Shown piece by piece: positions 1-10,800 of a DNA stretch of 59,045 nt (positions are counted from its first letter, which is position 1; each line of letters opens with the position of its first letter). The translations under genes were made by a program, and so were the position numbers. Source of the stretch: Azolla caroliniana (lineage: Eukaryota > Plantae > Polypodiophyta). The DNA lies in assembly GCA_043228905.1 (NCBI GenBank), contig JBHGNT010000180.1, forward strand, positions 1 to 59,045, read 5' to 3'. The notes under the pieces were generated by a model. The model did no database searches and had not been told where the DNA came from. It was given only the letters and a program-made list of their open reading frames with translations.

Positions 1-178
1 ATGAGATGGAATTAGAAAACGAAGATTTTGAAACTCAGGTCGAGAGACATGAAGAAATTACCAAATTTGAGGAGGGAGTTGAGAAGAGCGCGTGAGTAAA
101 TTAAAATGTTCATACCTGGCTCGTGTAATCCCGGATTTTTGTGTTAAAACATGCGAATGGAAGCTAACAATGCTAGCT
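1..178 (+). repeat. Representative monomer (arbitrary phase)
   Basis: First full period; 69/178 G+C by hand count. Purine-rich + strand with the tract gaggagggagttgagaagag at 69-88. Confidence 0.97.
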
Positions 179-3100
179 ATGATATAGAATTAAAAAATCA
201 AGATTTTGAAGCTCAGGTCAAGAGACATGAAGAAATTACCAAATTTGACGAGGGAGTTGAAAAGAGCGCGTGAGTAAATTAAAATCTTCATACCTGGCTC
301 GTGTGATATCGGATTTTAGTGTTCAAAGATGCGAATCGAAGCTAATAACGCTACCTATAATATGGAATTAAAAAATCAAGATTTTGAAACTCAGGTCGAG
401 AGACATGAAGAAATTACCAAATTTGAGGAGGGAGTTGAGAAGAGCGGGTGAGTAAATTAAAATGTTCATACCTGGCTCGTGTGATCCCGGATTTCTGTGT
501 TCAAAGATGTGAATCGAAGCTAACAACGCTACCTATAATATGGAATTAAGAAATCGAGATTTTAAAACTCAGGTCGAGAGTCATGAAGAAATTACCAAAT
601 TTGAAGAGGGAGTTGAGAAGAGCGCGTGAGTAAATTAAAATGCTCATACCTGGCTCGTGTGATATCGGATTCTTGTGTTCAAACATGCGATTCGAAGCTA
701 ACAATGCTACCTATGAGATGGAATTAAAAAACGAAGATTTTGAAACTCATGTCGAGAGACATGAAGAAATTACCAAATTTGACGAGGGAGTTGAAAAGAG
801 CGCGTGAGTAAATTAAAATGTTCATACCATGCTCGTGTCATATCGGATTTTAGTGTTTAAAGATGCGAATCGAAGCTAATAACGCTACCTATAATATGGA
901 ATTAAAAAATCAGGATTTTGAAACTCAGGTCGAGAGACATGAAGAAATTACCAAATTTGAGGAGGGAGTTGAGAAAAGCGCGTGAGTAAATTAAAATGCT
1001 CATACCTGGCTCGCCTGATATCGGATTCTTATGATCAAACACGCGATTCGAAGCTAACAATGCCACCTATGAGATGGAATTAAAAAACGAAGATTTTGAA
1101 ACTCAGGTCGAGAGACATGAAGAAATTACCAAATTTGAGGAGGGAGTTGAGAAGAGCGCGTGAGTAAATTAAAATGTTCATACCTGGCTCGTGTGATCCC
1201 GGATTTTTGTGTTAAAACATCCGAATGGAAGCTAACAATGCTAGCTATGATATAGAATTAAAAAATCAAGATTTTGAAGCTCAGGTCAAGAGACATGAAG
1301 AAATTACCAAATTTGACGAGGGAGTTGAGAAGAGCGCGTGAGTAAATTAAAATGTTTATACCTGGCTCGTGTGGTCCCGGATTTCTGTGTTCAAAGATGT
1401 GAATCGAAGCTAACAACGCTACCTATAATATGGAATTAAGAAATCGAGATTTTGAAACTCAGGTCGAGAGACATGAAGAAATTACCAAATTTGAAGAGGG
1501 AGTTGAGAAGAGCGCGTAGGTAAATGAAAATGCTCATACCTGGCTCGTGTGATATCGGATTTTTGTGTTCAAACATGCGATTCGAAGCTAACTATGCTAC
1601 CTATGAGATGGAATTAAAAAAGGAAGATTTTGAAACTCAGGTCGAGAGACATGAAGAAATTACCAAATTTGAGAAGGGAGTTGAGAAGAGCGCGTGAGTA
1701 AATTAAAATGTTCATACCTGGCTCGTGTGATCCCGGATTTTTGTGTTAAAACATGCGAATGGAAGCTAACAATGCTAGCTATGATATAGAATTAAAAAAT
1801 CAAGATTTTGAAGCTCAGGTCGAGAGACATGAAGAAATTACTAAATTTGACGAGGGAGTTGAGAAGAGCGCGTGAGTAAATTAAAATGTTCATACCTGGC
1901 TCGTGTGATCCCGGATGTTTGTGTTAAAACATGCGAATGGAAGCTAACAATGCTAGCTATGATATAGAATTAGAAAATCAAGATTTTGAAGCTCAGGTCG
2001 AGAGACATGAAGAAATTACCAAATTTGACGAGGGAGTTGAAAAGAGCGCGTGAGTAAATTAAAATGTTCATACCTGGCTCGTGTGATATCGGATTTTAGT
2101 GTTCAAAGATGCGAATCGAAGCTAATAACGCTACCTATAATATGGAATTAAAAAATCGAGATTTTGAAACTCAGGTCGAGAGACATGAAGAAATTACCAA
2201 ATTTGAAGAGGGAGTTGAGAAGAGCGCGTGAGTAAATTAAAATGCTCATACCTGGCTCGTGTGATATCGGATTTTTATGTTCAAACACGCGATTCGAAGC
2301 TAACAATGCCACCTATGAGATGGAATTAAAAAAGGAAGATTTTGAAACTCAGGTCGAGAGACATGAAGAAATTACCAAATTTGAGGAGGGAGTTGAGAAG
2401 AGCGCGTGAGTAAATTAAAATGTTCATACCTGGCTCGTGTGATATCAGATTTTAGTGTTGAAAGATGCGAATCGAAGCTAATAACGCTACCTATAGTATG
2501 GAATTAAAAAATCGAGATTTTGAAACTCAGGTCGAGAGACATGAAGAAATTACCAAATTTGAAGAGGGAGTTGAGAAGAGCGCGTGAGTAAATTAAAATG
2601 CTCATACCTGGCTCGTGTGATATCGGATTTTTATGTTCAAACACGCGATTCGAAGCTAACAATGCCACCTATGAGATGGAATTAAAAAAGGAAGATTTTG
2701 AAACTCAGGTCGAGAGACATGAAGAAATTACCAAATTTGAGGAGGGAGTTGAGAAGAGCGCGTGAGTAAATTAAAATGTTCATACCTGGCTCGTGTGATC
2801 CCGGATTTTTGTGTTAAAACATCCGAATGGAAGCTAACAATGCTAGCTATGATATAGAATTAAAAAATCAAGATTTTGAAGCTCAGGCCAAGAGACATGA
2901 AGAAATTACCAAATTTGACGAGGGAGTTGAAAAGAGCGCGTGAGTAAATTAAAATGTTTATACCTGGCTCGTGTGGTCCCGGATTTCTGTGTTCAAAGAT
3001 GTGAATCGAAGCTAACAACGCTACCTATAATATGGAATTAAGAAATCGAGATTTTGAAACTCAGGTCGAGAGACATGAAGAAATTACCAAATTTGAAGAG

Positions 3101-6100
3101 GGAGTTGAGAAGAGCGCGTGAGTAAATTAAAATCCTCATACCTGGCTCCTGTGATATCGGATTTTTGTGTTCAAACATGCGATTCGAAGCTAACTATGCT
3201 ACCTATGAGATGGAATTAAAAAACGAAGATTTTGAAACTCAGGTCGAGAGACATGAAGAAATTACCAAATTTGAGGAGGGAGTTGAGAAGAGCGCGTGAG
3301 TAAATTAAAATGTTCATACCTGGCTCGTGTGATCCCGGATTTTTGTGTTAAAACATGCGAATGGAAGCTAACAATGCTAGCTATGATATAGAATTACAAA
3401 ATCAAGATTTTGAAGCTCAGGTCAAGAGACATGAAGAAATTACCAAATTTGACCAGGGAGTTGAAGAGAGCGTGTGAGTAAATTAAAATGTTCATACCTG
3501 GCTCGTGTCATATCGGCTTTTAGTGTTCAAAGATGCGAATCGAAGCTAATAATGCTACCTATAATATGGAATTAAAAAATCGAGATTTTGAAACTCAGGT
3601 CGAGAGACATGAAGAAATTACCAAATTTGAGGAGGGAGTTGAGAAGAACGGGTGAGTAAATTAAAATGTTCATACCTGGCTCATGTGATCCCGGATTTCT
3701 GTGTTCAAAGATGTGAATCGAAGCTAACAATGCTACCTATAATATGGAATTAAGAAATTGAGATTTTGAAACTCAGGTCGAGAGACATGAAGAAATTACC
3801 AAATTTGAAGAGGGAGTTGAGAAGAGCGCGTGAGTAAATTAAAATGTTCATACCTGGCTCGTGTGATCCCGGATTTTTCAGTTAAAACATGCGAATGGAA
3901 GCTAACAATGCTAGCTATGATATAGAATTAGAAAATCAAGATTTTGAAGCTCAGGTCGAGAGACATGAAGAAATTACCAAATTTGACGAGGGAGTTGAAA
4001 AGAGCGCGTGAGTAAATTGAAATGTTCATACCTGGCTCGTGTGATATCGGATTTTAGTGTTCAAAGATGCGAATCGAAGCTAATAACGCTACCTATAATA
4101 TGGAATTAAAAAATCGAGATTTTGAAACTCAGGTCGAGAGACATGAAGAAATTACCAAATTTGAGGAGGGAGTTGAGAAGAGCGGGTGAGTAAATTAAAA
4201 TGTTCATACCTGGCTCGTGTGATCCCGGATTTCTGTGTTCAAAGATGTGAATCGAAGCTAACAACGCTACCTATAATATGGAATTAAGAAATCGAGATTT
4301 TGAAACTCAGGTCGAGAGACATGAAGAAATTACCAAATTTGAAGAGGGAGTTGAGAAGAGCGCGTGAGTAAATTAAAATGCTCATACCTGGCTCGTGTGA
4401 TATCGGATTCTTGTGTTCAAACATGCGATTCGAAGCTAACAATGCTACCTATAAGATGGAATTAAAAAACGAAGATTTTGAAGCTCAGGTCAAGAGACAT
4501 GAAGAAATTACCAAATTTGACCAGGGAGTTGAATAGAGCGTGTGAGTAAATTAAAATGTTCATACCTGGCTCGTGTAATCCCGGATTTCTGTGTTCAAAG
4601 ATGCGAATCGAAGCTAATAATGCTACCTATAATATGGAATTAAGAAATCGAGATTTTGAAGCTCAGGTCAAGAGACATGAAGAAATTACCAAATTTGAAG
4701 AGGGAGTTGAGAAGAGCGCGTGAGTAAATTAAAATCCTCATACCTGGCTCGTGTGATATCGGATTTTTGTGTTCAAACATGCGATTCGAAGCTAACTATG
4801 CTACCTATGAGATGGAATTAAAAAACGAAGATTTTGAAACTCAGGTCGAGAGACATGAAGAAATTACCAAATTTGAGGAGGGAGTTGAGAAGAGCGCGTG
4901 AGTAAATTAAAATGTTCATACCTGGCTCGTGTGATCCCGGATTTTTGTGTTAAAACATGCGAATGGAAGCTAACAATGCTAGCTATGATATAGAATTAAA
5001 AAATCGAGATTTTGAAACTCAGGTCGAGAGACATGAAGAAATTACCAAATTTGACGAGGGAGTTGAGAAGAGCGCGTGAGTAAATTAAAATGTTCATACC
5101 TGGCTCGTGTGATCCCGGATTTCTGTGTTAAAACATGCAAATGGAAGCTAACAATGCTAGCTATGATATAGAATTACAAAATCAAGATTTTGAAGCTCAG
5201 GTCAAGAGACATGAAGAAATTACCAAATTTGACGAGGGAGTTGAAAAGAGCGTGTGAGTAAATTAAAATGTTCATACCTGGCTCGTGTCATATCGGATTT
5301 TAGTGTTCAAAGATGCGAATCGAAGCTAATAACGCTACCTATAATATGGAATTAAAGAATCGAGATTTTGAAACTCAGGTCGAGAGACATGAAGAAATTA
5401 CCAATTTTGAGGAGGGAGTTGAGAAGAGCGGGTGAGTAAATTAAAATGTTCATACCTGGCTCGTGTGATCCCGGATTTCTGTGTTAAAACATGCGAATGG
5501 AAGCTAACAATGCTAGCTATGATATAGAATTAAAAAATCAAGATTTTGAAACTCAGGTCGAGAGACATGAAGAAATTACCAAATTTGAAGAGGGAGTTGA
5601 GAAGAGCGCGTGAATAAATTAAAATGTTCATACCTGGCTCGTGTGATCCCGGATTTTTGTGTTCAAAGATGCGAATGGAAGCTAATAACGCTACCTATAA
5701 TATGGAATTAAAAAATCGAGATTTTGAAACTCAGGTCGAGAGACATGAAGAAATTACCAATTTTGAGGAGGGAGTTGAGAAGAGCGGGTGAGTAAATTAA
5801 AATGTTCATACCTGGCTCGTGTGATCCCGGATTTCTGTGTTCAAAGATGTGAATCGAAGCTAACAATGCTACCTATAATATGGAATTAAGAAATCGAGAT
5901 TTTGAAGCTCAAGTCAAGAGACATGAAGAAATTACCAAATTTGACGAGGGAGTTGAAAAGAGCGCGTGAGTAAATTAAAATGTTCATACCTGGCTCGTGT
6001 GATATCGGATTTTAGTGTTCAAAGATGCGAATCGAAGCTAATAACGCTACCTATAATATGGAATTAAAAAATCGAAATTTTGAAACTCAGGTCGAGAGAC

Positions 6101-7566
6101 ATGAAGAAATTACCAAATTTGAAGAGGGAGTTGAGAAGAGCGCGTGAGTAAATTAAAATGCTCATACCTGGCTCGTGTGATATCGGATTTTTATGTTCAA
6201 ACACGCGATTCGAAGCTAACAATGCCACCTATGAGATGGAATTAAAAAACGAAGATTTTGAAACTCAGGTCGAGAGACATGAAGAAATTACCAAATTTGA
6301 GGAGGGAGTTGAGAAGAGCGCGTGAGTAAATTAAAATGTTCATACCTGGCTCGTGTGATCCCGGATTGTTGTGTTAAAACATCCGAATGGAAGCTAACAA
6401 TGCTAGCTATGATATAGAATTACAAAATCAAGATTTTGAAGCTCAGGTCAAGAGACATGAAGAAATTACCAAATTTGACGAGGGAGTTGAAAAGAGCGCG
6501 TGAGTAAATTAAAATGTTTATACCTGGCTCGTGTGGTCCCGGATTTCTGTGTTCAAAGATGCGAATCGAAGCTAACAACGCTACCTATAATATGGAATTA
6601 AGAAATCGAGATTTTGAAACTCAGGTCGAGAGACATGAAGAAATTACCAAATTTGAAGAGGGAGTTGAGAAGAGCGCGTGAGTAAATTAAAATCCTCATA
6701 CCTGGCTCGTGTGATATCGGATTTTTGTGTTCAAACATGCGATTCGAAGCTAACTATGCTACCTATGAGATGGAATTAAAAAACGAAGATTTTGAAACTC
6801 AGGTCGAGAGACATGAAGAAATTACCAAATTTGAGGAGGGAGTTGAGAAGAGAGCGTGAGTAAATTAAAATGTTCATACCTGGCTCGTGTGATCCCGGAT
6901 TTCTGTGTTAAAACATGCGAATGGAAGCTAACAATGCTAGCTATGATATAGAATTACAAAATCAAGATTTTGAAGCTCAGGCCAAGAGACATGAAGAAAT
7001 TACCAAATTTGACAAGGGAGTTGAAAAGAGCGTGTGAGTAAATTAAAATGTTCATACCTGGCTCGTGTCATATCGGATTTTAGTGTTCAAAGATGCGAAT
7101 CGAAGCTAATAACGCTACCTATAATATGGAATTAAAAAATCGAGATTTTAAAACTCAGGTCGAGAGACATGAAGAAATTACCAATTTTGAGGAGGGAGTT
7201 GAGAAGAGCGGGTGAGTAAATTAAAATGTTCATACCTGGCTCGTGTGATCCTGGATTTCTGTGTTCAAAGATGTGAATCGAAGCTAACAATGCTACCTAT
7301 AATATGGAATTAAGAAATCGAGATTTTGAAACTCAGGTCGAGAGACATGAAGAAATTACCAAATTTGAAGAGGGAGTTGAGAAGAGCGCGTGAATAAATT
7401 AAAATGTTCATACCTGGCTCGTGTGATCCCGGATTTTTGTGTTAAAACATGCGAATGGAAGCTAACAATGCTAGCTATGATATAGAATTAGAAAATCAAG
7501 ATTTTGAAGCTCAGGTCGAGAGACATGAAGAAATTACCAAATTTGACGAGGGAGTTGAAAAGAGCG
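1..7566 (+). repeat. Block A, copy 1 of a long duplication (at least 42 monomers)
   Basis: Rare variants recur at +19051: attagaaaacg (11), gagtcatg (~578), cgcctgat (~1012), ctatagta (~2491), ggctcct (~3144), gaagaacgggt (~3643), gaatagag (4531), cctggat (7250). Confidence 0.93.
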
Positions 7567-7899
7567 TGTGAGTAAATTAAAATGTTCATACCTGGCTCGT
7601 GTCATATCGGATTTTAGTGTTCAAAGATGCGAATCGAAGCTAATAACGCTACCTATAATATGGAATTAAAAAATCGAGATTTTGAAACTCAGGTCGAGAG
7701 ACATGAAGAAATTACCAAATTTGAGGAGGGAGTTGAGAAGAGCGGGTGAGTAAATTAAAATGTTCATACCTGGCTCGTGTGATCCCGGATTTCTGTGTTC
7801 AAAGATGTGAATCGAAGCTAACAATGCTACCTATAATATGGAATTAAGAAATCGAGATTTTGAAACTCAGGTCGAGAGACATGAAGAAATTACCAAATT

Positions 7900-10800
7900 T
7901 GAAGAGGGAGTTGAGAAGAGCGCGTGAGTAAATTAAAATGCTCATACCTGGCTCGTGTGATATCGGATTCTTGTGTTCAAACATGCGATTCGAAGCTAAC
8001 AATGCTACCTATGAGATGGAATTAAAAAACGAAGATTTTGAAACTCATGTCGAGAGACATGAAGAAATTACCAAATTTGACGAGGGAGTTGAAAAGAGCG
8101 CGTGAGTAAATTAAAATGTTCATACCATGCTCGTGTCATATCGGATTTTAGTGTTTAAAGATGCGAATCGAAGCTAATAACGCTACCTATAATATGGAAT
8201 TAAGAAATCAGGATTTTGAAACTCAGGTCGAGAGACATGAAGAAATTACCAAATTTGAGGAGGGAGTTGAGAAAAGCGCGTGAGTAAATTAAAATGCTCA
8301 TACCTGGCTCGTCTGATATCGGATTCTTATGATCAAACACGCGATTCGAAGCTAACAATGCCACCTATGAGATGGAATTAAAAAACGAAGATTTTGAAAC
8401 TCAGGTCGAGAGACATGAAGAAATTACCAAATTTGAGGAGGGAGTTGAGAAGAGCGCGTGAGTAAATTAAAATGTTCATACCTGGCTCGTGTGATCCCAG
8501 ATTTTTGTGTTAAAACATCCGAATGGAAGCTAACAATGCTAGCTATGATATAGAATTAAAAAATCAAGATTTTGAAGCTCAGGTCAAGAGACATGAAGAA
8601 ATTACCAAATTTGACGAGGGAGTTGAGAAGAGCGCGTGAGTAAATTAAAATGTTTATACCTGGCTCGTGTGGTCCCGGATTTCTGTGTTCAAAGATGTGA
8701 ATCGAAGCTAACAACGCTACCTATAATATGGAATTAAGAAATCGAGATTTTGAAACTCAGGTCGAGAGACATGAAGAAATTACCAAATTTGAAGAGGGAG
8801 TTGAGAAGAGCGCGTAGGTAAATGAAAATGCTCATACCTGGCTCGTGTGATATCGGATTTTTGTGTTCAAACATGCGATTCGAAGCTAACTATGCTACCT
8901 ATGAGATGGAATTAAAAAACGAAGATTTTGAAACTCAGGTCGAGAGACATGAAGAAATTACCAAATTTGAGAAGGGAGTTGAGAAGAGCGCGTGAGTAAA
9001 TTAAAATGTTCATACCTGGCTCGTGTGATCCCGGATTTTTGTGTTAAAACATGCGAATGGAAGCTAACAATGCTAGCTATGATATAGAATTAAAAAATCA
9101 AGATTTTGAAACTCAGGTCGAGAGACATGAAGAAATTACCAAATTTGACGAGGGAGTTGAGAAGAGCGCGTGAGTAAATTAAAATGTTCATACCTGGGTC
9201 GTGTGATCCCGGATTTTTGTGTTAAAACATGCGAATGGAAGCTAACAATGCTAGCTATGATATAGAATTAGAAAATCAAGATTTTGAAGCTCAAGTCAAG
9301 AGACATGAAGAAATTACCAAATTTGACGAGGGAGTTGAAAAGAGCGCGTGAGTAAATTAAAATGTTCATACCTGGCTCGTGTGATATCGGATTTTAGTGT
9401 TCAAAGATGCGAATTGAAGGTAATAACGCTATTTATAATATGGAATTAAAAAATCGAAATTTTGAAACTCAGGTCGAGAGACATGAAGAAATTACCAAAT
9501 TTGAAGAGGGAGTTGAGAAGAGCGCGTGAGTAAATTAAAATGCTCATACCTAGCTCGTGTGATCCCGGATTTTTGTGTTCAAAGATGCTAATCGAAGCTA
9601 ACAATGCTAGCTATGATATAGAATTAAAAAATCAAGATTTTAAAACTCAGGTCGAGAGACATGAAGAAATTACCAAATTTGAGGAGGGAGTTGAAAAGAG
9701 CGCGTGAGTAAATTAAAATGTTCATACGTGGCTCGTGTGATCCCGGATTTTCGTGTTCAAAGATGCGAATCGAAGCAAACAATACTAGCTATGATATAGA
9801 ATCAAAAAATCAAGATTTTGAAACTCAGGTCGAGAGACATCAAGAAATTGGCAAGTTAGAAGAGGGAGTTGAGAAGAGCCCGTGAGTAAATTAAAATGTT
9901 CATACCTGGCTCGTGTGATATCTGATTTCTATATTCAAACATGGGAATCGAAGCTAACAACGCTACCTATGATATGGAATTAAAAAATCAAGATTTTGAA
10001 ACTCAGGTCGACAGACATGAAGAAATTACCAAATTTGAGGAGGGAGTTGAGAAGAGCGCGTGAGTAAATTAAAATGTTCATACCTGGCTCGTGTGATATC
10101 GGAATTTAGTGTTCAAAGATGCGAATCGAAGCTAACAACACTAGCTATGATATAGAATCAAAAAATCAAGATTTTGAAACTCAGGTCGAACGACATGAAG
10201 AAATTACCAAATTTGACGAGGGAGTTGAGAAGAGCGCATGAGTAAATTAAAATGTTCATACCTTGCTCGTGTGATCCCGGATTTATGTGTTCAAAGATGC
10301 GAATCGAAGCTAACAACGTTACCTATAATATGGAATTAAGAAAATCGAGATTTTGAAACTCAGGTCGAGAGACATGAAGAAATTACCAAATTTGAGAAGG
10401 GAGTTGAGAAGAGCGCGTGAGTAAATTAAAATGTTCATACCTGGCTCGTGTGATCCCGGATTTTTGTGTTAAAACATGCGAATGGAAGCTAACAATGCTA
10501 GCTATGATATAGAATTAAAAAATCAAGATTTTGAAACTCAGGTCGAGAGACATGAAGAAATTACCAAATTTGACGAGGGAGTTGAGAAGAGCGCGTGAGT
10601 AAATTAAAATGTTCATACCTGGCTCGTGTGATCCCGGATTTTTGTGTTAAAACATGCGAATGGAAGCTAACAATGCTACCTATGAGATGGAATTAAAAAA
10701 CGAAGATTTTGAAACTCATGTCGAGAGACATGAAGAAATTACAAAATTGGACGAGGGAGTTGAAAAGAGCGCGTGAGTAAATTAAAATGTTCATACCATG

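Noticed and set aside
69-88. G-quadruplex or H-DNA at gaggagggagttgagaagag
   Set aside because: It has only one GGG run, the purine tract is interrupted by tt, and there is no long mirror symmetry.
24-150. Hairpin or MITE-like inverted repeats (caggt/acctg, tttgaa/ttcaaa)
   Set aside because: The matches are only 5-6 bp, as expected by chance, with no terminal inverted repeats or target-site duplications.
1-178. Identity with Arabidopsis CEN178/180 or primate alpha satellite
   Set aside because: Only the length is similar; I see no sequence resemblance, and there is no canonical CENP-B box.
1-178. 5S rRNA, tRNA or snRNA tandem gene array
   Set aside because: I see no recognisable 5S sequence, cloverleaf, or Pol III internal boxes.
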